Shown here: piece after piece, positions 42,272 through 52,161 of the stretch
Numbering within the stretch: the first letter of the stretch is position 1
Layout: every line of letters begins with the position of its first letter
NCBI GenBank assembly: GCA_050261175.1
Contig: JBLNDA010000020.1
Span: 19,756-83,755 of the forward strand
Reading direction: 5' to 3'
Length of the DNA stretch: 64,000 bases
Source: Clostridia bacterium
Lineage (GTDB): Bacteria; Bacillota; SHA-98; UBA4971
Notes under the pieces: model-generated
What the model was told of the DNA's origin: nothing
Seen by the model: the letters and a program-made list of their open reading frames with translations, nothing else
Database searches by the model: none
Position numbers and translations under genes: made by a program

Positions 42272-44491
42272 CTAATCGAGCCAGGCGCGCACGGCGGAGA
42301 CAACCTCCGCGGTCGTGCCCGTGAAGCACTCAACGCCCGCTGGGAGCGACGAGAGGAAGATCCTGCCGTAAGGCTTCTCCACGAGCCTTCTATCCAGGAC
42401 GACCACGACACCCCTGTCTTCACAGGACCTTATGAGCCTTCCAAAACCCTGGCGGAACCGCACCACCGCGCTGGGAAGGGCGTACGAGTAGAAGCCGCTG
42501 CCCCCCTCCTTCTCGGCAGCCTCCACCTTCGCTTCCACTATCGGGCTCGTGGGCACTTGAAACGGCAGTTTGACCAGGATGACGCACGAGAGAGCTTCGC
42601 CCGGCACGTCCACGCCCTGCCAGAAACTGTCGGCGCCAAGGAGGACGCCGGGCTTCTGGCGGAAATGGGCCAGCATGAGGTGGCGGGACATGTCGCCCTG
42701 TCTGAACACGGGGATCCCTGAACCCTCTAGGCGACCGCGAAGCATCTCGTGGGTGTCGTGGAGCATTTCCACTGAGGTGAAAAGGACGAAAGCGCGCCCC
42801 TTGGATGCCATTACGATGTCCATTATGGCCCTCGCGGCCGCGCCCTGGAACTCCGGGTCCTGGGGCTGCGGGAGATCGCAGGGCACCGCGAGCAACGCCT
42901 GCTTCGAGAAATCGAAAGGCGAGTCGAAAACGAGCTCCATGGGCGGCTCGTCGAGGTGAGTAAGGCCGACCTCCTTCCTGAAGAACCCGAACTCGCCGCG
43001 CACGGTCATTGTGGCTGACGTGAACACAGCCGACTCCACCTGTGAAAACAGGCGTTCCCCGAGGATCGGCCCGACGTCGAGGGGTGTCGCCACGAGCGCC
43101 ATGTCGTGCGGGGTCATCTCCGCCCAATACACGTAGGCCTCGTCAGCCCCGCGCATCACGAAATCGAGGCCCGCAGCTTCCGAGGAGATCCTCGCCGCCA
43201 CTCCCTGGACATCGGCCATGGTTCCCTGAAGGCGTTCATCGACATCGTCGCCGAGGTCTGCGAGGCTGTCGAGAACGGAGGCGAGGTTGCGCGCAACCTC
43301 ACCCGCCCTGACGATGACGCGCTGCGCGCCGGGAACCACGTCTTCCTCCCACAGCGGGCCTTCGGTGAGCTGCCCGCTCAGCCTCACCGCCCGTTGCCTG
43401 CCGCGCTCCCGCTCGACTTCCCTCTCACGTTCGTCGTCACATCCGCGTTCGCGCCGCCCGCAGTCTTCTACTTCCCGCTCCACCGCCCTGGAGAACGAAT
43501 CGAAGAACCACTCGACGCTCTCACGCAATCGCTTGACGTTCCCGATGGCTGCGTCCACGAGTCGCCCGATGCCGGCAAGGTCCGCCTCGCGCGGTCTTCC
43601 AGCCCCACGGAACAGGCTCACCCGGAGCGACGGAAGCAACCCGCCCTCGCCTCCGCGGCGCTCTCGTTCGGTTCGCACGAGGTCCTGGCAGCCTCTGCGC
43701 ATTTGGGCGAGGCTGGCGCGTCGGCCGAGTCTCTCCGCCGCTACCTCCGGAAGATTGTGGGCCTCATCGAAGACGACGTAACGGTAATCCGGAAGCACGC
43801 GGGCTCCGGGCGCTCCTGGGAACGCAGTCCTGAGCGCGAGATCGGAAAAGAGCAGGTGATGGTTGGTGACCAGGATGTCAGCCTCCTCCATCTCCCCCCT
43901 TGCTTTCGCAAAATAGCACAGCGACAAGTACGGGCACTTCGCACGCATGCAGGACATGGAATCAGAGGCGATACGGTCCCAGAGGGCGGCGGGTGCCACG
44001 GTGCGGAAATCCGACTTCGAGCCTGTGGTGACTTCGGGCAGCTCCGCGAGGAGAGCCGCCAGCGCCTGCCGCAGGTCCGGCTCGGCTGACGTGCCGTCGG
44101 CCTCGTCCGCGACGTATGCGAGCTTGCGCCGGCATATGTAGTTGGCCCGGCCTTTGACGAGCGTGAACTGGAACGGCACTCCGAGAGCCCGCGAGAGGGC
44201 GGGGAGATCCTTGTGAATGAGCTGTTCCTGCAGGTTTATCGTGTTCGTGGATACGACTACCTTCTCGTTCTTCGCGCGCGCCCACAGCACCGCCGGCACA
44301 AGGTAAGCCAACGACTTGCCGGTGCCCGTGCCGCTTTCGATGACCGCGTGGCGGGACGTGGAAAAGGCCTTCCATACCGCAAGGGCCATTTCGACCTGGG
44401 GCCGCCTGACTTCGTAGCCTGCGAACGCCCTCGCCAGCGGGCCGTCGGCAGCGAACACTGCCGCGACCTCGTCCCTGCCCCACCGCGCCAT
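42272..44491 (-). CDS. dinG: DinG/Rad3-family ATP-dependent helicase
   Basis: 739 aa. Walker A TGTGKSLAYL. DEAH box VVFDEAHNL. A long Arg/Glu-rich insertion in the helicase domain. Confidence 0.8.
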   Translation of the reverse strand: MARWGRDEVAAVFAADGPLARAFAGYEVRRPQVEMALAVWKAFSTSRHAVIESGTGTGKSLAYLVPAVLWARAKNEKVVVSTNTINLQEQLIHKDLPALSRALGVPFQFTLVKGRANYICRRKLAYVADEADGTSAEPDLRQALAALLAELPEVTTGSKSDFRTVAPAALWDRIASDSMSCMRAKCPYLSLCYFAKARGEMEEADILVTNHHLLFSDLALRTAFPGAPGARVLPDYRYVVFDEAHNLPEVAAERLGRRASLAQMRRGCQDLVRTERERRGGEGGLLPSLRVSLFRGAGRPREADLAGIGRLVDAAIGNVKRLRESVEWFFDSFSRAVEREVEDCGRRERGCDDEREREVERERGRQRAVRLSGQLTEGPLWEEDVVPGAQRVIVRAGEVARNLASVLDSLADLGDDVDERLQGTMADVQGVAARISSEAAGLDFVMRGADEAYVYWAEMTPHDMALVATPLDVGPILGERLFSQVESAVFTSATMTVRGEFGFFRKEVGLTHLDEPPMELVFDSPFDFSKQALLAVPCDLPQPQDPEFQGAAARAIMDIVMASKGRAFVLFTSVEMLHDTHEMLRGRLEGSGIPVFRQGDMSRHLMLAHFRQKPGVLLGADSFWQGVDVPGEALSCVILVKLPFQVPTSPIVEAKVEAAEKEGGSGFYSYALPSAVVRFRQGFGRLIRSCEDRGVVVVLDRRLVEKPYGRIFLSSLPAGVECFTGTTAEVVSAVRAWLD

Positions 44492-45373
44492 CTACCACCT
44501 CACCGCCTCGGTCGCGATACGGCGCAGAGCGGCGAGGTTGCGCGCGTCGTCTTCGATGGTCGTGCGAGGCGTCTCGAGGATGAACGGAAGGCGCGCGAGC
44601 CTCCCGCAGCCGAGGATGACGCGAAAGCCGTCCTCGCCGATGCGGCCTTCCCCGATGTCGGCGTGGCGGTCGAGGTGCGACCCGAGGTCCCCGACGGAAT
44701 CGTTCGCATGCACGAGCGCAAGGCTGCTCCCGCCCACGGTGGCGTCGAGTTCATGGAGGACCCGCGACAAGCCCTCGACCGTCCGGATGTCGTAGCCGGC
44801 GGCGAAGACGTGGCAGGTGTCGAGGCAAATGCCGAGCGCCACCCCTCGCGCGCGGTCCATTATCTCCGCCTGTTCCTCGAAGGTCTTCCCGATTTCCGTG
44901 CCCGCCCCCGACACCATCTCCAGCAGGAGGCGCGGCCCCTCTCCGGGCTCGTTTGGAGGCGGGGGTCTGTGGCCGGCGATCTCGCACGCGTCCGCTATCG
45001 CCGCGGCGATCCTCGATATGCCGGCCGCCTGACCCGAACCGAGATGGCTGCCGGGGTGGAACACGAGCATCTCGGCGCCGAGCGCTTTCGCGAGCGTGAT
45101 GTCGTGGGCGAGCGCCTCGCGCGACGCCTCGTACGTTTCTTTCTTGGGAGAAGCAAGGTTGAGCAGATAGGGGGCGTGGAGCACCAATGGCCTTATTCCC
45201 GCGGCCACAAGGCCCTCCCTGAGGAGCCGCGCTTCCCCTTCATCCACCGACCCCGAGCGAAGGCTCCGGGGGCTTCGCGAGAACATCTGGATCGTGTCGC
45301 ACCCCAAGGCGCGCGCGGCGTCGAGAGCGCTCTTGAGACCGCCGGCCCTATTGACGTGGGCTCCGAACCTCAC
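44492..45373 (-). CDS. nfo: Deoxyribonuclease IV (endonuclease IV, AP endonuclease family 2)
   Basis: 293 aa. MRFGAHV N-terminus and metal-binding motifs VLHAPYLLNLAS and LDTCHVFAAGYD. Its start abuts the dinG stop. Confidence 0.85.
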   Translation of the reverse strand: MRFGAHVNRAGGLKSALDAARALGCDTIQMFSRSPRSLRSGSVDEGEARLLREGLVAAGIRPLVLHAPYLLNLASPKKETYEASREALAHDITLAKALGAEMLVFHPGSHLGSGQAAGISRIAAAIADACEIAGHRPPPPNEPGEGPRLLLEMVSGAGTEIGKTFEEQAEIMDRARGVALGICLDTCHVFAAGYDIRTVEGLSRVLHELDATVGGSSLALVHANDSVGDLGSHLDRHADIGEGRIGEDGFRVILGCGRLARLPFILETPRTTIEDDARNLAALRRIATEAVRW

Positions 45374-45481
45374 CGCACATCACCACAATGGCAGGTATTC
45401 GCTGCTCGGAACGGATTTCCTGCAACCGGGCGTCTTGCAAGGTTCTGGATGGAGCGGACGTGCCGCACCCCGAGTCTGCGC

Positions 45482-46297
45482 TCATCTACGTCCAAGGTTG
45501 TCAAGGAACCGGAGGAGCGGGTTTCTCTCGATGGCGGCAGTGATTGAGCGGCGCTCCGCGTAAGCGTGGACGAGACCCAGAGAGACTAGGACCGCCGCTT
45601 TGACGGCAACCGGAGTGGTGAGCACAAGCCAGTAACCGAGCGCCGCTCCCAAAGGGTTGCTTCCGGCGTCCCCGAGCATGCTGCGCTCCGCGAGATCATC
45701 CTTCATCCCCGCGAGCACCGCCCCGGCGAGACCAACCGGCACGAGTGCCGGACCGGGCAGACCGGTCGCCAACGCGAGCGCCGCTGCGCCCGCCATGTAA
45801 GCCTTGGCTGCGCGCCCGGGCCTGAGGTCCAGGAGGTTCGAGAGATTCGCGGCGAGCGCCACGACTGCGGAATCCATGACAAGGACGGGTGGCGGCAGCG
45901 CCGGCGCGGCCGCGCTAACGGCGAGCGCCGCAAAGGTCAGAATCACGATACCCTTGAGGATACCAGTGGTGAGGATCCCCCTCTTGACGAGCGCCGCCGC
46001 ATGCCCGGCGAAGCCCCGGAATTCGCCCGACCCGAAGAGGTCGTCGACGACACCGGCGAGCATGGCTGCTATCACAAGGAGAAGGCATGGCACTGACGAA
46101 GCCCGGCCGCCACCGGTCGCCGCAGCGACGGCAACGGACGCGAGCGCGGCCGAGACGACCAGCGGGATCCCCATTGACGAGGGAACCAAGCGCCCTGCGT
46201 AGTTGGACCGGACGTGGCCCAGGCGCTGCATCACGTCACGCGCGGGCGGGATGATGACCAAAGCGAGCGCATACGCGATGATGAGACAGGCGAGCAT
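45482..46297 (-). CDS. MraY/WecA-like family-4 glycosyltransferase (polyprenyl-phosphate sugar-1-phosphate transferase-like membrane protein)
   Basis: 271 aa polytopic. VVDDLFG aspartate-rich motif and an NLSNLLDLRPG loop. Family call tentative. Confidence 0.5.
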   Translation of the reverse strand: MLACLIIAYALALVIIPPARDVMQRLGHVRSNYAGRLVPSSMGIPLVVSAALASVAVAAATGGGRASSVPCLLLVIAAMLAGVVDDLFGSGEFRGFAGHAAALVKRGILTTGILKGIVILTFAALAVSAAAPALPPPVLVMDSAVVALAANLSNLLDLRPGRAAKAYMAGAAALALATGLPGPALVPVGLAGAVLAGMKDDLAERSMLGDAGSNPLGAALGYWLVLTTPVAVKAAVLVSLGLVHAYAERRSITAAIERNPLLRFLDNLGRR

Positions 46298-46306
46298 TGC
46301 CCGGCT

Positions 46307-47023
46307 TCACCTCCCCGTCCCCATCCTCGGGAGTCGCACGGCCCGGCAGACGAGAGCCCTTGCCACCCAGTACAGCTGCCTCCCCCTGTGGACGAACCCG
46401 GCGAAGTCCCTGCCCGTCGCCCTATGCGACATCGCACAATCCACCTCGGCGATGCGGTATCCGCGCCTCGCCGCGTCGATGGTGATGGCGACCTCCACGC
46501 CGAAGCCGCCTTCAAACGGCACGAGCGCGAGCACGACTTCGCGCCTCGCCGCCCGCTGCCCTGAGAGCGGAGCCGACACCGAGAGGCCGGCGAGACACCT
46601 GACGCCAAGCCTCGCCACGGCCTTGACGATGCCGAACCCGCCCGCCGCGGTCCTCCGCTGTCGCCGCGGGAACCTGGCGACGGTCATGTCCGCCTCGCCT
46701 CGCACTACCGGCGCGATGAGCTTCGCCACCTCGGATGCGGTCTCACCCAGATCGGCGTCGAGGAAGACCACCACACCTCCCTCGGCCCGCATCACGCCCT
46801 CGGTAAGGGCAGCACCCTTGCCGGACCGGCGCCCCATGCGCACGACGCGCGCACCCGCGGCCTCTGCCGCCGAGGCGGTCGCGTCGGTGGACCCGTCGTC
46901 AACCACCACCACCTCGCATGGAAGGCCGCAGGCCGCGGCGCCCAGTTTGGCGGCCCGCACAGTGGAGGCCACTGTGCGGCTCTCGTTGTACGCCGGGATG
47001 ATCACTGACACAAAGCAGCTCAT
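46307..47023 (-). CDS. Family-2 glycosyltransferase (dolichol-phosphate-sugar synthase-like)
   Basis: 238 aa. VSVIIPAYNE, VVVVDDGSTD and FLDADL (DxD) motifs. Confidence 0.7.
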   Translation of the reverse strand: MSCFVSVIIPAYNESRTVASTVRAAKLGAAACGLPCEVVVVDDGSTDATASAAEAAGARVVRMGRRSGKGAALTEGVMRAEGGVVVFLDADLGETASEVAKLIAPVVRGEADMTVARFPRRQRRTAAGGFGIVKAVARLGVRCLAGLSVSAPLSGQRAARREVVLALVPFEGGFGVEVAITIDAARRGYRIAEVDCAMSHRATGRDFAGFVHRGRQLYWVARALVCRAVRLPRMGTGR

Positions 47024-47967
47024 TCAGGGGGCCCCCAGATGTCAGGCATGCGCGTTCCCGAAGCGCCCTTGATCCCGAAGTGGCCTTTCTGCCCGGCGAG
47101 CGCGTGGACCAGGGAGAGGCGGCCGAGCGGGAGGTCTGCGCAGTCGACGGTGGAAATCCCTTCTCTCTTGTAGTCGGCGATGTGGGAAACCTTCACGTCC
47201 CAGCTCTCCGCGCCCACAACGTCCACCCCGAGATCCATCAGCGCCCGCACTATCGGGATCCCTGTTTCAGCCGGGCCCGACGCTGGGTCGGAGCTGCCGA
47301 CCAACACCACCACCGCGTCCGCGAGCCCGGAGTCTCCGGCCCGCAGGATGACTCCCGCCTCCATGGGATCATTCGTGCCGCGCGCCGCCTCCCCGCCCGA
47401 GGCGGCATATCCCCACACGAAGAGCGCGTCAACGAGCGGGCTTGCTTCGTCGAGCGCAATGTAAGAGGCAAGCGCGCGGGCGGCTTCACGCCCGAGTGCG
47501 TCGGCCGTGGGCTCACTCACCCCCAACAACGACGCGGCCTCTCTCGCCTCTCTGCCCGCCGCCGGGACGAGGTTCTTGTTGACATACACCACCCGCACCA
47601 CCCTTGCTCCCGCGTCCTCGAGACTGCGGCCGATCCTCTCCACCTTTTCGGGCGGCATCGCATCCCGGCACACCACGACGGCTATGCGCCTCCCCGAGAG
47701 TCTCCCTTGAGTGAGAGATGACACGACCGATTCCTCGAATTCGAGCGACGCGGCGAGAGCCCGCTCGGAGGCGGCAAGACGCGCGCCAAGGTCCTCCCTT
47801 TCGGCCTTCAGGCGGGCGAAATCCTCCTCGAGCCGGTCGATCATCTGCTCCTGACGCTCCACCAGTGCGCTGTCGGTCACCATCGCGCTTCCGACGAGGA
47901 TTCCAACGCCGAGCGCGAGGAACACGGCCACGAGGGAGGCCAAGTGGTATTTCATGTCGACCATCAC
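47020..47967 (-). CDS. SteB/MctB-family membrane protein
   Basis: 315 aa. N-terminal TM helix then a coiled coil (ERQEQMIDRLEEDFARLKAEREDLG). Sits directly downstream of the steA-like gene. 4-nt overlap with the GT2 gene. Confidence 0.5.
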   Translation of the reverse strand: MMVDMKYHLASLVAVFLALGVGILVGSAMVTDSALVERQEQMIDRLEEDFARLKAEREDLGARLAASERALAASLEFEESVVSSLTQGRLSGRRIAVVVCRDAMPPEKVERIGRSLEDAGARVVRVVYVNKNLVPAAGREAREAASLLGVSEPTADALGREAARALASYIALDEASPLVDALFVWGYAASGGEAARGTNDPMEAGVILRAGDSGLADAVVVLVGSSDPASGPAETGIPIVRALMDLGVDVVGAESWDVKVSHIADYKREGISTVDCADLPLGRLSLVHALAGQKGHFGIKGASGTRMPDIWGPPE

Positions 47968-47995
47968 GGCCGTGCCACCTCTTCGGGCCTCACCG

Positions 47996-49120
47996 TCAAA
48001 GCAAACCCACGTCCAGTTTCAGCCTGATGAGCACGAGTCTGAGAATCTGCCTTACGATGCCTGACTCGGCGCCGGCGAGGGCCAAGGGAACCAGCGCTGC
48101 GATGACGAGCAGGACGAGATAGCCCGCCCTCATGCGTCCCCTGTAGAGCTTGCTCACGCCTTTCGCGTCGACCAGGAGCGACCCTATCTTGAGGCGGGTC
48201 AGGAACGTGGACGCCATACCGGGGCGGCCCTTGTCGAGGAACTCCTCCACGCTCGTGTGAGCGCCGACAGCCACGATCAATTCGGCGCCGTTTTCGTAGG
48301 CCAGGAGCATAGCCAGGTCCTCGCTGGTGCCGGGGGCGGGACAGATGGAGGCCTCGAGGCCGAGCCGCTTGATCCGCTCCAGGCCCGGGGCCCTGCCGTC
48401 CGGGTACGCATGGACCACGAGCTCACTACCGCGCCGCAGCGCTTCGTCGGAAACGCTGTCCATGTCTCCCACGATGACGTCAGGAGAGAACCCCATCTCG
48501 AGGAGGGCGTCGGCGGCGCCGTCCACGGCGAGAAGCGCGGGGCGCACTTCCTCGATGTACGACCTGATGGCGCGAAGGTCGTCCTTGTAATCCCTGCCCC
48601 GCACGACCACAAGAGCGTGCCTGCAGGAGAGTCTGGTGCGGAGCGGCGGAAACGTCAGGCTGCCAAGGATCGCCGACTTCTCACGCCGTGCGTACTCGAT
48701 GGTGTTCGACACGAACGCATCGAGCTCGCGAGCGAGGCCCTGGCGCGCCCGGCCGAGTTCACGCTCGAGCGACGCCACCGTCTGGACCCGCCCCTTGCTC
48801 ACCACTACTCCGTGCCTCACCACGGTGTTCCCTTCCAGCTCTATGAGGTCGCCGTCCCGTACGAGATCCAGGACCTCGGGGCCGACTTCGTCAAGGACGT
48901 AGATCCCGGCACGGCATAGCAAAAGGGGCCCGGGATTGGGGTACCTGCCGCTTATGGACCTGCGCGCGTTCACGACAGCACGCACCCCCGCTCCGACCAG
49001 GGACTCGCATGCCACAACGTCGATGTCCTCGTGATCGACGACAGCGATGTCCCCGGGGCGCAGGCGCGCCAAGAGGTTCTTCGTCTTTCGGTCCACCCTG
49101 GCGACGCCTCTGCACCTCAC
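47996..49120 (-). CDS. SteA-like putative cytokinetic protein (thiamine-pyrophosphokinase-like domain, C-terminal TM helix)
   Basis: Likely GTG start at 49120 after GGAGGG, giving MRCRGVARVDRKTKNLLARLRPGDIAVVDHEDID. GDMDSVSD motif. Hydrophobic C-terminus. Confidence 0.6.
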   Translation of the reverse strand: MRCRGVARVDRKTKNLLARLRPGDIAVVDHEDIDVVACESLVGAGVRAVVNARRSISGRYPNPGPLLLCRAGIYVLDEVGPEVLDLVRDGDLIELEGNTVVRHGVVVSKGRVQTVASLERELGRARQGLARELDAFVSNTIEYARREKSAILGSLTFPPLRTRLSCRHALVVVRGRDYKDDLRAIRSYIEEVRPALLAVDGAADALLEMGFSPDVIVGDMDSVSDEALRRGSELVVHAYPDGRAPGLERIKRLGLEASICPAPGTSEDLAMLLAYENGAELIVAVGAHTSVEEFLDKGRPGMASTFLTRLKIGSLLVDAKGVSKLYRGRMRAGYLVLLVIAALVPLALAGAESGIVRQILRLVLIRLKLDVGLL

Positions 49121-49162
49121 GCCGACGCCCTCCGTGGATTTCCTGCTACCTCCTTCTCTCGT

Positions 49163-49201
49163 GCAATAGTATACTGAACCCCGGAACTTATCATTCCGGG
49201 G
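49163..49201 (-). terminator. Candidate intrinsic terminator of spo0A: hairpin CCCCGGAA-cttatca-TTCCGGGG followed on the minus strand by UUCAGUAUACUAUUG
   Basis: Perfect 8-bp stem about 200 nt downstream of the spo0A stop, in a local A/T-rich patch. Coordinates approximate. Confidence 0.4.
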
Positions 49202-49403
49202 CTGTCCTACCGGGGCTCTCGGGTGGACTCTCTGCAAGGTCTTGGGCGCGCCGGTGCGGCACGCGGCCCGTGCGGGACGCACGCGAATCCGCCGGTCGCC
49301 CGCTGTATGCGTCGCGGGCTTTGGAGAGCGCTTGGGCTTGGGCGCCGGTCACGAGCGCAGCGCCGCGTTCGGCTCACCGGCCGGTGGCCCCGGCGCCCGC
49401 GGG

Positions 49404-50183
49404 TCAGCTCGCCCGCATCTCGAGACGGAGCTTGTCGGCGACCCGCGCGATGAAGGCGGAGTTGGTGGGCTTTCCTTTCTCACTGCTCACCGTGTGTCCG
49501 AAAACGCTGTTCAGGAACTCGATGTTCCCGCGTGTCCAGGCTATCTCGATGGCGTGGCGGATGGCGCGTTCCACCCGCGGAGCCGTGGTATCGAATTTCT
49601 GCGCCACCCGCGGGTATAGCTCCTTCGTGACCCCGCTCAGGAGCCCGACCTCATTCACCACCATGATGATGGCCTCTCTGAGGTACATGTACCCTCTGAT
49701 GTTGGCCGGGATCCCCATCTCGTGGATGATCCGCGTCACCTCGGTGTTCAGGTCACGGGGGGCCTCGGTGGAACCTGCTTTCCTCTTCCTCACGACCCCG
49801 CCGCTTTGAGCCACCTGCCGGATCCTCTGGGCCAGCGTCTCCATGTCGAACGGCTTGAGCACGTAGTAGTCGGCGCCGAGCTCTATGATGCTCTGGGTCA
49901 TGTGCTCCTGCCCGATGGCGGTGAGCATCACGAACCTCGGCCGTCTCGGGATGTCTTGCCTTGCGAGGCGCTCGAGCACCCCGATGCCGTCGAGGTGCGG
50001 CATGATGATGTCGAGAATCACCACGTCGGGGCTAGTGGCAGATATGCCCTCGAGGGCTTCCAGGCCGTCATAGGCAACTCCGACCACTTCCATGTCGGGC
50101 TGGGCGTCGATGAACTCCTTCAGAACCTCGCACAGTTCGTGGTTGTCGTCGACTATAAGAACGCGTGTCCGACCAGAAGCCAT
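49404..50183 (-). CDS. spo0A: Sporulation master regulator Spo0A
   Basis: 259 aa. Receiver domain VLIVDDN...[14 protein letters not shown]. Spo0A-specific C-terminal domain [24 protein letters not shown]...[14 protein letters not shown]. Confidence 0.95.
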   Translation of the reverse strand: MASGRTRVLIVDDNHELCEVLKEFIDAQPDMEVVGVAYDGLEALEGISATSPDVVILDIIMPHLDGIGVLERLARQDIPRRPRFVMLTAIGQEHMTQSIIELGADYYVLKPFDMETLAQRIRQVAQSGGVVRKRKAGSTEAPRDLNTEVTRIIHEMGIPANIRGYMYLREAIIMVVNEVGLLSGVTKELYPRVAQKFDTTAPRVERAIRHAIEIAWTRGNIEFLNSVFGHTVSSEKGKPTNSAFIARVADKLRLEMRAS

Positions 50184-50303
50184 AGGACCACCTCATCCAC
50201 ATGATGACAGATAATGGTATTCTAGTCTCTCCCGCCGCTGTCATAGCATTCTACGCCTCCGTATGAAGTCCTGCCCCCGTCCCGGGGAAAATCCCGCCCC
50301 TTC

Positions 50304-51959
50304 CTATGCTGCGTGGAGGGTGGGATCGACCTCCTGAGCAGGCACGGGATGGGGCTGGGGCTGACGCCCGGGCCGGGTCGTCGCCGCTTCAGACTTCGAT
50401 GCGTGTGTAAAGAGGCCCGCCTCCCTGGCAAGCCATTCCGCGAGCACTCCGTACCCCCTGGTCTGGTCAGACACGAATACGTGCGTGAGCACGCCTACGA
50501 GCTTGCCGTCCTTGACTATGGGACTACCGGACATGCCTTGCACGATCCCGCCTGTAAGCGCGAGAAGCCTGGGGTCCACGACCCGTATCACCATGCCCTT
50601 GACTTGCGGGGTCGCCTGCCTGGCCACGCGCTGGATCTCGACGCGGAACCTGTCTACGCGGTTGTTTTCGACCACTGTGTAGAGGTCGGCGTATCCCGGA
50701 GTGACCTCCTCCGCCATGGCGATGGGGATCGCCGAGCTGAAGTGGGGGTTCACCGGAGCCTTCGTGAGCGTGCCGAATATGCCGAACTTCGTGTTTCGCT
50801 CTATGGTGCCGATCACGTCCTGCTCACCGCTGAAACTCCCAACCTTCTCGCCTGGTTGGCCGCGGCTGCCCTGGTGGATGCCTAGGATGTGGGCCTGCAC
50901 GATCCTCCCTCTCGTAACGTCCACTTCTCTATTGGTCGCGGCGTCGGTTATCACGTGCCCGAGGGCGCAGTACACCCGGGACTCCGGCTCATAGAAGGAC
51001 AGCGTCCCCACGCCGGCGGCGTTCTCGCGAACCCAGATGCCAATCTTGTACCGCGTCTGACCCCTCTGCCGCGAGAGCCCGGAAACATCCTCCTCCTCGA
51101 CCTCCACAGGCCATACGCAGACGGTGAACGTCCTCGAGTCGCGCAGGATCTTGATTTCCACGGGCTTTCCGCTCCTTCCGGCGGAATCGACCACTCGTTC
51201 CACTTCAGACTTGCCGTCGACGGCCTGGCCGTTGATGCTCACAATGACGTCGCCCACCTCGACCCCGGCTTCCCGAGCGGGATAGCGGCGCTTGCCGTCG
51301 GTCCCTACCACCGGGTAATGCCCCACCACCACAACGCCCTTCGTCGACAGGAGCACTCCGATGGCGTGTCCACCCGGAATGACCCTGACCTCCGGGACCA
51401 CGCTCACCAGGAGACGCTTGACCGGAATCAAGTCCAGAAGCCGCACTTCGAGGCTGGTGTCTCCCTGGGCGAGCGGCACGAGTCTCACTCCCGCCCCGCG
51501 CCCGCGCGGAGCACCCAACGCGCCCGAGGATACGGTGTCCATGCGCACGAGCTCCGCTCCTGTGAGCCGGAACCTCACGTCCAAAGGAGCGCGGACCCAG
51601 AGATCCTTCGTGGAACCTTCGAGGATGGTGACCCTGTCGGGCAGTGTCCCGAAAGTCAGGCAGTATCCGATGGCGCAGGCCAGAATCGCGAGGAGGATTG
51701 CGGAACGGATCCTCGACCTCGGTGGCCGGCCGCGCCGCCCACGATGTCCTCCTCGGCCCTGGTTGCCGTGGGTGCATAGTCCGGCCCCGGAGCCGTCTGC
51801 GTCGGCCGTGGCCTGGTTGACACTACCCCCGATATCGATCCCGGCGTCGCTGTCGAGACTTGTGCGCGTGCTCCTTGGTCGTGCGGTGACACTCGTCCGG
51901 TTCAAAGCGTGGTTACCCCCGGCATGACACATGTCGCAGGCGCCTAAAGTCGCAATCAA
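50304..51959 (-). CDS. spoIVB: SpoIVB peptidase (S55 serine peptidase with PDZ domain)
   Basis: PDZ region VGDVIVSINGQAVDGKSEVERVV. S55 domain with DRVDRFRVEIQRV and GMSGSPI. The ORF's first ~90 codons are low-complexity and precede the signal-anchor helix (SAILLAILACAIGY), so the true start is probably near 51640-51900. Confidence 0.8.
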   Translation of the reverse strand: MIATLGACDMCHAGGNHALNRTSVTARPRSTRTSLDSDAGIDIGGSVNQATADADGSGAGLCTHGNQGRGGHRGRRGRPPRSRIRSAILLAILACAIGYCLTFGTLPDRVTILEGSTKDLWVRAPLDVRFRLTGAELVRMDTVSSGALGAPRGRGAGVRLVPLAQGDTSLEVRLLDLIPVKRLLVSVVPEVRVIPGGHAIGVLLSTKGVVVVGHYPVVGTDGKRRYPAREAGVEVGDVIVSINGQAVDGKSEVERVVDSAGRSGKPVEIKILRDSRTFTVCVWPVEVEEEDVSGLSRQRGQTRYKIGIWVRENAAGVGTLSFYEPESRVYCALGHVITDAATNREVDVTRGRIVQAHILGIHQGSRGQPGEKVGSFSGEQDVIGTIERNTKFGIFGTLTKAPVNPHFSSAIPIAMAEEVTPGYADLYTVVENNRVDRFRVEIQRVARQATPQVKGMVIRVVDPRLLALTGGIVQGMSGSPIVKDGKLVGVLTHVFVSDQTRGYGVLAEWLAREAGLFTHASKSEAATTRPGRQPQPHPVPAQEVDPTLHAA

Positions 51960-52161
51960 GGAGGCACGTTTTGCGCGCCTCCTTGACCTGCGATTACGCC
52001 TGCAGGATTACCCTGCCCGGGAGCATGGTTTTTATGCCCACAAAACTCTGCATGTCATGTTTGCGGATGTCAGGCGAAGGGCGGCGGTCACCTCTCAGGC
52101 AGCGATGCCCATGAAAAGCAATCACATGTCGGCCGCATGCCAGTGCGGCTCACGATCACGT

